Part shown: one piece after another, positions 27,219 to 36,978 of the stretch
Layout of the letters: each line of letters starts with the position of its first letter
Position numbering within the stretch: the first letter of the stretch is position 1
Assembly: GCA_038209745.1 (NCBI GenBank)
Contig: JBBQXJ010000042.1
Span: forward strand, 1 to 39,693
Direction: 5' to 3'
Origin: Verrucomicrobiota bacterium
GTDB taxonomy: Bacteria > Verrucomicrobiota > Verrucomicrobiia > Limisphaerales > CANJSG01
DNA length: 39,693 nt
Translations under genes and position numbers: made by a program
Notes under the pieces: generated by a model
Told to the model about the DNA's origin: nothing
What the model saw: only the letters and a program-made list of their open reading frames with translations
Database searches by the model: none

Positions 27219-28049
27219 CTACTTGCCGGCTTCGGGTTGATAGGCGATGGCGGCGCCGAACGTCGCGGGCTTGAAGCCGGTGTCGAGGTTCAGCGTCGTC
27301 TCGGCGGTCCCGAGGAACATGAAGCCGTCCGCCGCCATCTGTTTCCGGATGTTCCGGAGAATGGTCTGCTTCGTGGGCGTATCGAAATAGATCAGGACGT
27401 TGCGGATGAAGACGATGTCGCAGACCGGCATGGCGGCGAAGGGATGGATGAGGTTGAGCATCCGGAAGTCGACCATCTTTCTGACCTCTTCCTTCAAGGT
27501 CCAGGTGTCGTCGGTCTTGGTGAAATATTTCACGAGGTAGATGGCGGGCAGCCCCCGGTTGACCTCGATCTTGTTGTATTGTCCGAGGCGGGCCTGCTGG
27601 AGGACTCGGGGGGAGATGTCGGTCGCGACGATGGTCACGCTCCAGTCCCGAAGCTGGGGAAAGGTTTCCCGAATCAGCATGGCGATGCTGTAGGCCTCTT
27701 GGCCGGTGGAGGACGCGGCGGACCAGATGGTCAGCTTCTTGGTTGCGGCGCGGGCTTCGATGATCTTCGGCAGGACGCCGTTCTTCATTGCTTCGAAGGG
27801 ATGGTGATCTCGGAAGAAGAGGGTCTCGTTCGTCGTCAGCGCGTCGATGACCTTCGAATGGCGGGGCCCGGAGACTGGATCCAGGCGGAGCCGGGAAATG
27901 AAGGCCGCCAGCGAATCGAAGCCTTCTTTCTGAGCCAGGGGAGTCAAGCGGCTCTCCACGAGATACTCTTTTCCGGGTGCCAGGACGATGGCTGCGGTTC
28001 GGCGGGCCAGGTCCGCCACGTATTCGAAGTCGGGTGGGGTGATTGCCAT
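27219..28049 (-). CDS. cheR: Chemotaxis methyltransferase CheR
   Basis: TTNETLFFRD, IWSAASSTGQEAYSIAM, ATDIS, DIVFIRNVLIYF. Confidence 0.95.
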   Translation of the reverse strand: MAITPPDFEYVADLARRTAAIVLAPGKEYLVESRLTPLAQKEGFDSLAAFISRLRLDPVSGPRHSKVIDALTTNETLFFRDHHPFEAMKNGVLPKIIEARAATKKLTIWSAASSTGQEAYSIAMLIRETFPQLRDWSVTIVATDISPRVLQQARLGQYNKIEVNRGLPAIYLVKYFTKTDDTWTLKEEVRKMVDFRMLNLIHPFAAMPVCDIVFIRNVLIYFDTPTKQTILRNIRKQMAADGFMFLGTAETTLNLDTGFKPATFGAAIAYQPEAGK

Positions 28050-28051
28050 GA

Positions 28052-29152
28052 TCAGGCGGCTACGGGTTGAAGTCCGGGTTGGTTGACCCGACGGATTATT
28101 TCCTGGGCTATTTGGTTCAGGGGCAGGACGCGGTCGGCAAAACCCGCTTGGAACACGTAGCCGGGCATGCCCCAGACGACGCTTGTGGCCTCGTCCTGCA
28201 CGACGACCTGGCCGCGTTTTTCGTGGATGAGTTCGCAGCCGCGCAGGCCATCCTGCCCCATGTCGGTGAGCACCACGCCGAGGACGCGGCCGCCATAGCC
28301 GGCGACGACGCTCCGGAAGAGGACGTCGACGGCGGGACGGCAGGAGTTTTCAGGGGGAGCTTCGGTGAGGTGAAGGACGGTGCGGGTCCCTTGGCGTCGG
28401 ACCTCCATATGGTGTCCACCGGGCGCGAGATAGACGTTGTTCGGCTCGATGGGCTGGCCTTCCTTCCCCTCGTGGAACTTGAGGGTGCCCAGTGTGTCCA
28501 GGCGTTCGGCCAGCATCTGGGTGAAGAGGGGAGGCATGTGCTGGACCATCACGATCGGGACGCGGAACGTCTTCGGGAAGACGCGGAACAGATCCGCGAG
28601 GGCGTTCGGACCGCCGGTGGAGGTGCCGATGCAGACGATGTCCAACGGACTCAGGCCATCGGGCCTTGGCGGGGCGACCGTAGGGCGGGCAGGGGCGGAT
28701 GTCGCATGGGAGACGATGCCCGGCAGTGGTCTGCCCGGGAGCAGGTGCCGGCAGTGGGCCTTGATCTTGGGGACCAGGTCGGACTCCATCCGGCTGATGC
28801 TTTCGAGGACGTTGCCAACATTGGACGGCTTGGTCACGTAGTCGGAGGCGCCGGCCGACAGGGCGTCGAGCGTGGTGCTGGCACCCCGCGCGGTCAGGGT
28901 GCTGAACATGATGACCGGCAGCTTGGCGTAGACCTTCCTGATCTCCCGCAGCGTGGTGATGCCGTCCATTTCCGGCATCTCGACGTCGAGGGTAACGATG
29001 TCCGGATTGACCTGGGGAATCTTCGCGAGGGCTATCTTTCCGTTGGCCGCCACCCCGACGACCTCGATGGCCGGGTCCTTCGACAGGGCTTCGGTAATCA
29101 GCTTGCGGAGGACGACGGCATCATCCACGACGAGGACTCGGATTTTTGGCAT
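28052..29152 (-). CDS. cheB: Chemotaxis methylesterase CheB (REC + esterase)
   Basis: Receiver VVDD/LDVEMP; GTSTGGP, VQHMP, RPAVDVLF, LTDMGQDG, QDEATSVVWGMP. Confidence 0.95.
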   Translation of the reverse strand: MPKIRVLVVDDAVVLRKLITEALSKDPAIEVVGVAANGKIALAKIPQVNPDIVTLDVEMPEMDGITTLREIRKVYAKLPVIMFSTLTARGASTTLDALSAGASDYVTKPSNVGNVLESISRMESDLVPKIKAHCRHLLPGRPLPGIVSHATSAPARPTVAPPRPDGLSPLDIVCIGTSTGGPNALADLFRVFPKTFRVPIVMVQHMPPLFTQMLAERLDTLGTLKFHEGKEGQPIEPNNVYLAPGGHHMEVRRQGTRTVLHLTEAPPENSCRPAVDVLFRSVVAGYGGRVLGVVLTDMGQDGLRGCELIHEKRGQVVVQDEATSVVWGMPGYVFQAGFADRVLPLNQIAQEIIRRVNQPGLQPVAA

Positions 29153-29178
29153 GAGCTTGGTGGCTTTGCTGCAAGGGT

Positions 29179-29206
29179 ATATCGGCGCGTCAAGCGGTGA
29201 GCTCGA
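29179..29206 (-). promoter_or_regulatory. Internal sigma28-type promoter candidate for cheB-cheR
   Basis: Minus strand TCGAG-N15-GCCGATAT, overlapping the cheY 3' end and ending 27 nt before the cheB ATG. Confidence 0.5.
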
Positions 29207-29558
29207 GGAGTTGCAGCTTTTCCAGGAACATTTCCTCGTTGAGCGGCTTCATGAGATAGTCGGAGGCTCCGGATTCAATGGCTTCGGTCACGGACTCCAT
29301 GCCGGATTGGGCCGTCACCATCATGATCTTCATGGAATCGTAGCTGGAATTCGCGCGCAGTATCTTGAGCGTCTCCAGTCCGTTCAGGACGGGCATGTCC
29401 CAGTCGAGCAGGACGAGATCGAAGGGTTGGTGGGTCGCGATCTGGAGGAGGGCGATTTGGCCGTCAGCGGCGTCGAACACTTCCGCGCCGGCATTTTTTG
29501 CGAACGATCCGAGGAGTGTCCGCATCGTTCGGGAGTCGTCGACAATCAGTATTTTCAT
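29190..29558 (-). CDS. cheY: Chemotaxis response regulator CheY
   Basis: Single receiver domain MKILIVDDS...LLDWDMP...MMVT...YLMKP; start ATG at 29558 inside the longer listed ORF. Confidence 0.9.
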   Translation of the reverse strand: MKILIVDDSRTMRTLLGSFAKNAGAEVFDAADGQIALLQIATHQPFDLVLLDWDMPVLNGLETLKILRANSSYDSMKIMMVTAQSGMESVTEAIESGASDYLMKPLNEEMFLEKLQLLELTA

Positions 29559-29589
29559 CGGGTGTAGGAGATGGGAGTTGGCAAGGAGT

Positions 29590-31315
29590 TCAGGGTTCGA
29601 GCCAGACGCGGATGTTGCGAGCGCCCTCGTCCATCGAGAACAACTCTGCCGGAGCGTAGTCGGTGGCGCGGGCCTCTTCGGAGAGGGTTCGGAGACAAGA
29701 TGCCGCAGGCTTCGATGTGTGGTTTCAGATCGAGCGGCACAAGATCGGCGAGTTTGTCGTTGGCGGCTGCGGAGGAGACGAGGCTGACTTTCGCTTGGCC
29801 GGCTTCGCTCACGCGGATGTGGAGCGTCGCGGATTTCATCTTCGAATGGGCGTCGTCGTGACGGGTCTGAGAGCGGGGCGGCGGGGGCGGGGTCGATTCC
29901 TCGCCCGTGTTTTCGAGGGTGCTCTTCCAGTCGACCCGAGCCCGGAGGGCCTGGAGCTGGGGGATCGCTCCGTGGAAGGCCCTTAACACGAAGACCAGAT
30001 CCGGTGGGCCGGCTGTTCGATAGGCCATTCGGTGCCCGCCAAGAATCGTGGACAACCTCGATCCGAGATTCCACTGCTCGAGGTCGAACGGGCCGTCTTC
30101 GACGAACGGCTGGAAGAGGACACGGCTGACCTCGACCAGTTTGCCATTCAGCGGGGCGAGCTGCTTTTCGGCGAAGCCCATCGCGAGATGGCATTGGAAA
30201 AGTTCCTCCTTAGCGAGGCATCCATTTCCTGCCATCCGGGCAAGGAGCGCAAAGCCGTGCCGCATCGGGGTGGGCACGGGTTTGACGCATCCGAAGTCCA
30301 GCAGCCCGACGGTAGGAACGGCGTCCACCTTGAGAAAGCGGTGGTTGTCAGGGGCGGGGTCCGCGTGGACGAAACCCCACTGGATCGTTCCGTGGAGAAA
30401 GAGCCTGAGCAGGGTCGCGCCCAGAGCGTCGCGGTCTTCCTGGCCACAAGTGGCGGCACGGTCGAGGCGTTGTCCCTCGATCCAGGTCATCGTGAGGGCT
30501 TCTTCGCCGGAGAGGGCGTCGACAACTTGGGGGATGCGGAGGCCGGGCCAGTTTTGGGTGCGGGCGGCGAATTGTTTGAGGTTTCGGGCTTCGCGGGCGA
30601 AGTCGAGTTCTCCGACAAGCATCTCCAGGATCTGGCGGCGGTAGCGTCCGAGATCGGGTCCCGTTCGCAGCGAACCAATGGGTCCGTTCAACCGGCCGAG
30701 GGCTTTGAGGTGGAACTGGAGGTGCTCTTTGATCCCTGGATGCTGGACCTTCACGGCAACCTTGCGGCCGTCCAGGAGGACGGCGCAATGCACCTGGCCA
30801 AGGGATGAGTTGATGCTGCGGAGGGAGATGTCCTGGAAGGCTTCATGGAGACGATGGACGCCGAGGGGCGCCAGGGCTTCTAGGAGGATCGCCAGGGCCT
30901 TTTCGGGAGCGAGCGGGGAGGTGTTCTCGGTGAGGCGTTGGAAGAGGCCCGCATCTTCGCCGGGGTCGGTGAAGGCCATTCCATCCGGGTCCGCGAAGAG
31001 TTCTCGGGCGAAGGCGCGGGTGGCCTCGGGTGCTCCGGCGAGGAAGTGCTCCAGTACCGGCTGCAGGGGCTTGAAGCAGTCCGAATCCCGGGCGACGTCC
31101 TGAAGGTGGGTCCTGAAGTCATTCAACCCGTGATTGTTCCAGGACCGGGACCATTCCATCCCCTTGGCCGGCCGCTTGTGCTCGAGCGTGTTCATTCCCT
31201 TGCGCAGGATCTAGGAGGGCTTCTGCGGGAGGCTAAGCTCGCGGGTGAGCGTGCTCATGGAGAGGTTGTCCGGGCGGATTGGCTGTTCGTCCAGAGCGAG
31301 GGTGTCCGGTGTCAT
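29590..31315 (-). pseudogene. ABC1/UbiB (AarF)-family atypical kinase, apparently disrupted
   Basis: SLGQVH, VAVKVQHPGI, ELDFAREA, HADP, LLDFGC. In-frame TAG at 31211-31213 within LPQKPS*IL (position of the KxGQ motif). Probable +1 frameshift near 29697 with a GC3-rich tail ...YAPAELFSMDEGARNIRVWLEP* in another frame. Confidence 0.7.
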
Positions 31316-31410
31316 GATGTTTTGGTCGGAAGGGCCATGATCCGTCGTGGAGTTCCGTGGAAAGTCCAGGGTGCCGCGACCTCGCGGCACCCCGGGCTCG
31401 AGCGGGGCGG

Positions 31411-33519
31411 TTATTTGACGCCTGCGGCGTTCACGATCCCTCGGAGCTGGGCGGCCAGCTTGGCGAGCTCGCTGGCAGCGGTGAGGGTGTTGGCCGCGCC
31501 TTCGGAGGTGCTCTTGGCCGCGAGCGAGACGCTGGTGACGTTCTTGGCGATCTCGGAGCTGCCACGGGCCGCTTCGTTCGTGTTGCGGGCGATCTCGTTG
31601 GTGGTCGCCGTCTGTTCCTCCACTGCGCTGGCGATGGTGTTCTGGATGTCGTTGATCTGTCCGATGATCTTGCTGATCTCGGTGATGGCCTTCACGGCGC
31701 CCTCGGTGTCGGTCTGGATCGCCTCGATCTTGCCGCTGATGTCCTCGGTGGCGGCGGCGGTCTGCTTGGCCAGTTCCTTGACCTCGTTGGCGACGACCGC
31801 GAAGCCTTTGCCGGCCTCGCCGGCGCGGGCGGCCTCGATGGTGGCGTTGAGGGCGAGAAGATTCGTCTGCTGGGCGATGGAGGTGATGACCTTGATGACC
31901 TTGCCGATCTCGGTGCTGCTGACGCCGAGTTTGTTGACGGTGCGGGAGGTCTCGTCCGCGACCTTGACGGCCTGGGTGGCGACGCGGGCGGCTTCGGAGG
32001 CGCTCTTGGCGATCTCCTTGACGCTGGCGCTCATCTCCTCGGCGCTGGTGGCGACGGTGGTGATGTTGGTGCTGATCTGCTCCGAGGCGGCGGCGGCGAC
32101 GTTGGCCTGCGCGGTGGTCTCCTCGGAGTTTGAGCTCATCTGCTGGGCGACGGCGGAGAGTTCCTCGGAGGCGGATCCGAGGGTCTGCGCGTTCTGCGAG
32201 ATCGCTGTCATCGTCTCGGCGAGCTTGGCCTCGGCGATCTTTTTTGCGGTGACGTCGGAGGCGAACTTCTTGACTCCGCTGACCTTGCCGTCGACACCCC
32301 AAACCGGGTTGTAGGTCGCCTGGATCCACACGACCTTGGCGCCCTTGCCGATGCGCTTGTATTCGGCGGTCTGGAACTTGCCGTTGTTCAGGTCGGCCCA
32401 GAACTGCCGGTATTCGGAGGTCTCCCGGTAGGCGGGATCGATGAACATGGAGTGATGGCGGCCCTTGATCTCGTCGAGGGTGTAGCCCAGGGCCGAGAGG
32501 AAGTTGGTGTTGGCCTCGACGATGGTGCCGTCGGCTTTGAACTCGATCACCGCCTGGTTGCGGTTCGCCTCGGCGATCTGCCGTTCGTTGTTGATGGAGG
32601 CCACCTTGGCGATGGTCACGTCGGTCGCGATCTTGACGACCTTGGTGACGCGGCCCATTTCGTCCTTGACCGGCGCATAGACCGCTTGAATCCAGATGTC
32701 TCCTCCAGATTTGGTGATGCGACGGAAGGTATCGGACTTGAACTGGCCGGAACGAAGATCGGCCCAGAACTGACGGTAGTCGGCCGATTCGCGGTAGGTG
32801 GCGTCGACAAAGGTGGAGTGGTGCTTGCCCTTGATCTCATCTAGCGAGTATCCGAGCGCCTTCACGAAGTTATGGTTGGCGTTGACGACGTTCCCTTCGG
32901 TGGTGAACTCGATATAGGCGAAGGCGGAGTCGATGGCGCCGAGGAGGCCGCGTGCGCTCTGGCGCTCGAGTTCGAGTTCAGTGATGTCGTAGCGGACGCC
33001 GATGTATTTCTTCGGCTTGCCGTTCTCCCCCAGTACGGGTGCGATGACCGCGTCAACATAGTAGGGAGTGCCGTCTTTTTTCCGGTTCTTGACGACACCG
33101 CGGAAGGTCTTGCCACGGCCGATGGTGGCCCAGAGATCTTTGAACACCTCCTTGGCCATGTCGGGATGGCGGGTGGTATTGTGGCCCTTGCCGATGAGTT
33201 CTTCGCGGTGGTACTGGGACACCTCGCAGAACTTGTCGTTCACACTGAGGATGTCGCCCTTGAGATCGGCCTCGGAGACGATGCTGGTGAGGTTCGTGAT
33301 CTCGGCACGCACCTTATACTCGGCATTCTCGGTCTCGAGCGACGCGATCCGGTCACGGAGTAACTGGACCTCGCTGGCGGCGAAGGAAGGAAGAGGTTCT
33401 GAAGCGAGTTCGGCAAGGACGTGAGAAGCGGCAGCCCTCTGCAATTTGACGGGTCGAGAGGCTGTCTGGGTGCGCGCGGTCGCCTGCTTGGTGTGAGTGT
33501 TGCGGGTCGTGGTTTGCAT
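31411..33519 (-). CDS. Soluble methyl-accepting chemotaxis protein with three PAS domains
   Basis: No TM segment; PAS1 Aer-like ([10 protein letters not shown]...RHPDM...W...KNRKKDG), PAS2/3 (IEF..G....AN..F...LGY..DEIKG.HHS.F); signalling tip [31 protein letters not shown]. Confidence 0.93.
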   Translation of the reverse strand: MQTTTRNTHTKQATARTQTASRPVKLQRAAASHVLAELASEPLPSFAASEVQLLRDRIASLETENAEYKVRAEITNLTSIVSEADLKGDILSVNDKFCEVSQYHREELIGKGHNTTRHPDMAKEVFKDLWATIGRGKTFRGVVKNRKKDGTPYYVDAVIAPVLGENGKPKKYIGVRYDITELELERQSARGLLGAIDSAFAYIEFTTEGNVVNANHNFVKALGYSLDEIKGKHHSTFVDATYRESADYRQFWADLRSGQFKSDTFRRITKSGGDIWIQAVYAPVKDEMGRVTKVVKIATDVTIAKVASINNERQIAEANRNQAVIEFKADGTIVEANTNFLSALGYTLDEIKGRHHSMFIDPAYRETSEYRQFWADLNNGKFQTAEYKRIGKGAKVVWIQATYNPVWGVDGKVSGVKKFASDVTAKKIAEAKLAETMTAISQNAQTLGSASEELSAVAQQMSSNSEETTAQANVAAAASEQISTNITTVATSAEEMSASVKEIAKSASEAARVATQAVKVADETSRTVNKLGVSSTEIGKVIKVITSIAQQTNLLALNATIEAARAGEAGKGFAVVANEVKELAKQTAAATEDISGKIEAIQTDTEGAVKAITEISKIIGQINDIQNTIASAVEEQTATTNEIARNTNEAARGSSEIAKNVTSVSLAAKSTSEGAANTLTAASELAKLAAQLRGIVNAAGVK

Positions 33520-33586
33520 GTGTTCTAGCGAGTTGTCTGCGGGTCGGGAATAAAGAGGGTTGAATCGGGAGGATTGAGAGCGGGGT

Positions 33587-34030
33587 TTATTTGCCGGCCG
33601 AGGCCGACATGTTGACGGTTTTTTCGGTGTCCAAAATCAGGAGGAGGCGGTCTTTGAGCTTGTAGACGCCCTGGATCAGATCGCGGGCGCTGCCGCGGAC
33701 GGTTTCTGGCGGGCGGTCCATCCCGGCGGTGTCGATTTCGAGGACATCGCCGATTTCATCGACCAGGAGGCTGATGGCTCCGTCCTCGGTGCGGACGATG
33801 ACGTTCATCGGATCGACTCCGTCCTCCCGGGGTTTCAGCCCGAGTCGTTCCCTGAGATCGATGGCGGCCACGATCTGGCCGCGAAGGTTGATCAATCCGC
33901 GGATGACGACGGGGGCCAGAGGAACTTTTGTCATCTGTTGGAAGCGGAGGACTTCCTGCACGTTTAGAACGTCGATGCCGAAGAACATGGAGCCGAGGTG
34001 GAACGTGCAAAGCTGGCGGGATTCGCTCAT
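33587..34030 (-). CDS. cheW: Chemotaxis coupling protein CheW
   Basis: [43 protein letters not shown] overlap with cheA. Confidence 0.95.
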   Translation of the reverse strand: MSESRQLCTFHLGSMFFGIDVLNVQEVLRFQQMTKVPLAPVVIRGLINLRGQIVAAIDLRERLGLKPREDGVDPMNVIVRTEDGAISLLVDEIGDVLEIDTAGMDRPPETVRGSARDLIQGVYKLKDRLLLILDTEKTVNMSASAGK

Positions 34031-36384
34031 GACAGGACGGGTTCGGGGTTGGATGCGGCGGGGAGGGAGGTTTCGAAAAACGACGGGTCGAACGAGCGGA
34101 TGACGCCCGATGCGTCGAGCAGATCCGTTACCCGGCCCTGGATGACGGCGGAGCCCAGCACACCTTGACGGCGTGAATCACGACGGACGGCGAGGGATTC
34201 CTCCACGATGTCGCTGATCTGTCCGACCACCAGTCCGATGCTCCGGCCCTGCTCGGTGTAGACGATGACATGCATGGTGTCTTGGTCGGCCTGTGCGTCG
34301 ACCTCTCCTGCCGCCTCGGGAATGAACTGGGCGACGGGGACGAGGGAGAGGAGTTGGCCGCGATACTGGACCACTTCCTGTCCAGCGGATTTCTCGACTT
34401 TGTTCCGGGCGATCTCCTCGAGACGCGCGACCATGGAAAGAGGAATGGCCATCCGTGTATTGGTCCCGACGTTGAAGACGAGCAGGGTCTGGCGGTCGTC
34501 GCGGGATTCTTCCTGCTTTCGGCCGCTGGTCTGCTTCTGTTCGTTGACCTCGGGGATTAGATTCGCGTGTTGGGCGAGACCGAGGACATCGAGGATCAAG
34601 GCCACCCTTCCGTCTCCCATGATGGTGGCTCCGGAAAAGCAGGTGATCCCCTTGAGGTGTTTCCCGAGCGGTTTGACCACGATTTCTTCCGTGTCGTTGA
34701 TTTCGTCGACGATCAGTCCGAATTGGCGCCCGTCCGCCTGGAGCACCACGATGTTGGTGGCGTCCTCGGAATGGGTTGACTCGCTGAGTTTCAGCTCCTT
34801 TTTCAAGAAGGCGAGGGGCAGGAGCTGTCCTCGGAGGCGATACACGGGCGCTCCGTAGATGTATTCGATGGTCTTCTCGGCCTGCTCGCGTTCGACGCGG
34901 ACGAGTTCGAGAAGGCTGACCTGGGGAATCGCGAAGCGTTCACCGCCCGCGGTGACCACCAGCGCGGGGATGATCGCCAGAGTCAGGGGTATTTTGATCT
35001 TCATCGTGGTCCCGACTCCGGTCTCGCTGGAGAGATCCACCGAACCCCCGATCTTCTCGATATTGGTCTTCACCACATCCATGCCGACGCCCCGGCCGGA
35101 AAGGTTCGTGACCTGGGCGGCGGTGGAGAATCCGGGCAGGAAGATGAGGTTGAGCGCCTCGCGATCCGACATGCGCAATGCCTGGTCGGCGCTGAGAAGC
35201 CCCTTCTCCACGGCCTTGTTCTTGACCCGGACGATGTTGATGCCGGCGCCATCGTCCGCGATCTCGATGTTGACCTGGCCGCCTTCGTGGAAGGCGCGGA
35301 GGGAGAGAAGGCCCTCGGCGGGTTTGCCGGCTTGGCGGCGGCCTTCGGGGCCCTCAAGACCGTGGTCGATCGAATTGCGGACAATGTGGATGAGAGGGTC
35401 CTTGATGGCTTCGATGATCGTGCGGTCGAGCTCGGTATCCTTGCCGGACATCTCCAAGCGGACCTCTTTGCCGAGTTCGTGGGCGACGTCGCGAACGATG
35501 CGGGGGAACTTGGACCACACGTTGCCGATGGGCTGCATGCGGGTTTTCATGACCCCCTCTTGGAGTTCGCTGGTGATTATGTTCAGGCGCTGGGCCGCAG
35601 TCGTGAGCGACGTGTCGTTGTAGCCTACGGTCTTCTGGACGATCTGATTGCGGGCTAGGACCAGCTCGCCGACGAGATTCATCAGCTTGTCGAGCTGGCT
35701 TACATCCACGCGGATGGCGCTGTCGGATGCGGCGCTGCGGTGGATCTCGGCCGAAGGAGCGGCCGTGGCCGCGGGCTTCGTCCCGGGAGCGTTGGCTGCG
35801 GGCTTCGAGCCGGTTCCACCAGAGGCGGCGGCGTAGGAAGAAGGGGGCGCGTCAAAGAATCCGAATCCGCCGGAGGATTCGTTGGCTTCGGGAGCGGCGG
35901 ACTTGAGCGCCACAGTGTCGGCGGTATCGTCGTCGAACAGGCCGAATCCGGCGGGCTCGACAGGTGTTGAGGCCTCCGGTTGGGCGACGGGTCCCGGGGT
36001 TATGTGATCCTGGAGCGCGGTGAGGAGGGGTGAAAAATCGGTGGAGCCCTCGACGCCTTGGGCCTCGAGAGTCCGGAGCATTTCCCGGAGCGCGTCGGAA
36101 AGCCGGAGCAAGGTCGAGATCATCCCTTGATCTGGCTGGAGAGATCCGCTCCGGAGCAGGTCGAGAAGGTTTTCGCCGGCGTGGGCTACTTTTTCGATCT
36201 TGCCGAGCCCGAGACAGCCGCTGGTGCCTTTGATCGTGTGGATGGCGCGGAAGATGTCGTTCCAGACATCGGTTCCGGACTGGCCCTGTTCGAGGGCGAG
36301 AAGGTGCGCGTCGTAGCGGTCGAGGCCTTCGAAGCTTTCGATCAGCAGATCATTGATCAGTTGTTTTTGGAGGCTGTCGTTCAT
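34027..36384 (-). CDS. cheA: Chemotaxis histidine kinase CheA (Hpt, no evident P2, dimerisation, HATPase, two CheW-like domains)
   Basis: IFRAIHTIKG, DKLMNLVGELVLARN, HIVRNSIDHG, DDGAG, FLPGFSTA...SGRGVGMDVV, PLTLAII; extra C-terminal CheW domain. Confidence 0.97.
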   Translation of the reverse strand: MNDSLQKQLINDLLIESFEGLDRYDAHLLALEQGQSGTDVWNDIFRAIHTIKGTSGCLGLGKIEKVAHAGENLLDLLRSGSLQPDQGMISTLLRLSDALREMLRTLEAQGVEGSTDFSPLLTALQDHITPGPVAQPEASTPVEPAGFGLFDDDTADTVALKSAAPEANESSGGFGFFDAPPSSYAAASGGTGSKPAANAPGTKPAATAAPSAEIHRSAASDSAIRVDVSQLDKLMNLVGELVLARNQIVQKTVGYNDTSLTTAAQRLNIITSELQEGVMKTRMQPIGNVWSKFPRIVRDVAHELGKEVRLEMSGKDTELDRTIIEAIKDPLIHIVRNSIDHGLEGPEGRRQAGKPAEGLLSLRAFHEGGQVNIEIADDGAGINIVRVKNKAVEKGLLSADQALRMSDREALNLIFLPGFSTAAQVTNLSGRGVGMDVVKTNIEKIGGSVDLSSETGVGTTMKIKIPLTLAIIPALVVTAGGERFAIPQVSLLELVRVEREQAEKTIEYIYGAPVYRLRGQLLPLAFLKKELKLSESTHSEDATNIVVLQADGRQFGLIVDEINDTEEIVVKPLGKHLKGITCFSGATIMGDGRVALILDVLGLAQHANLIPEVNEQKQTSGRKQEESRDDRQTLLVFNVGTNTRMAIPLSMVARLEEIARNKVEKSAGQEVVQYRGQLLSLVPVAQFIPEAAGEVDAQADQDTMHVIVYTEQGRSIGLVVGQISDIVEESLAVRRDSRRQGVLGSAVIQGRVTDLLDASGVIRSFDPSFFETSLPAASNPEPVLS

Positions 36385-36434
36385 GTGGTTCGAAGGGGTT
36401 CTGGCGATCGTAGGGGTGGCCCGGGGCTCCGGCT

Positions 36435-36806
36435 TCAGGGGAAGAGCTTTGCAAGGACGCCGAGCAGCTGCTCTTGTTTGAACGGTTTGACGATCCAGCC
36501 GGTGGCGCCGGCCGCGCGCCCTTTGTCTTTGATTTCCTGGGCGGACTCGGTGGTGAGGAGGATGATCGGCGTCCGGTGGTGGGTGGCGGTCTTGCGCAGT
36601 TGCCGGGTCATCTCGATGCCGTCCATGTTGGGCATGTTGACGTCCGAGATGATGAGGTCCACGGGTCGGTCTTTCAGGGCGTCGAGGGCAGCGGCGCCGT
36701 CGACGGCTTCCATGACCTCGTGTCCGGCGCCCTTGAGGGTCATGGAGATCATTTTCCGGATGGTGGCGGCGTCATCCACGGTCATGATGGTTTTTGGTGA
36801 GCCCAT
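36435..36806 (-). CDS. cheY: Chemotaxis response regulator CheY (second copy)
   Basis: MTVDDAATIR, ISDVNMPNMDG, LLTTES, ATGWIVKPF. Confidence 0.9.
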   Translation of the reverse strand: MGSPKTIMTVDDAATIRKMISMTLKGAGHEVMEAVDGAAALDALKDRPVDLIISDVNMPNMDGIEMTRQLRKTATHHRTPIILLTTESAQEIKDKGRAAGATGWIVKPFKQEQLLGVLAKLFP

Positions 36807-36978
36807 GTTGGTGTCCTGTCGGCGGTTTGCGGGTGGTCTTGTTGATTAGCTTGTCGGAGTCGTAGCGGGATACATGAGGGTAAATTCTCGGGCTCCGTGG
36901 CTTCCCGGCGGTTCTGGGCGGGTCGAGCGCCAAGAAGGATTGGGTTGGTGGGGGATTTCATGATTCTGGTTTTTGGGA

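Noticed and set aside
29555..29558. ATGA overlap suggesting translational coupling of the ABC1 kinase to cheY
   Set aside because: The overlapping tail appears to come from a frameshift; the likely native stop is at 29590-29592.
33562..33589. TAAAC-N15-CCCGATTC possible sigma28 promoter before the PAS-MCP
   Set aside because: The -10 box deviates at several positions and the -35 coincides with the cheW stop codon; too weak to call.
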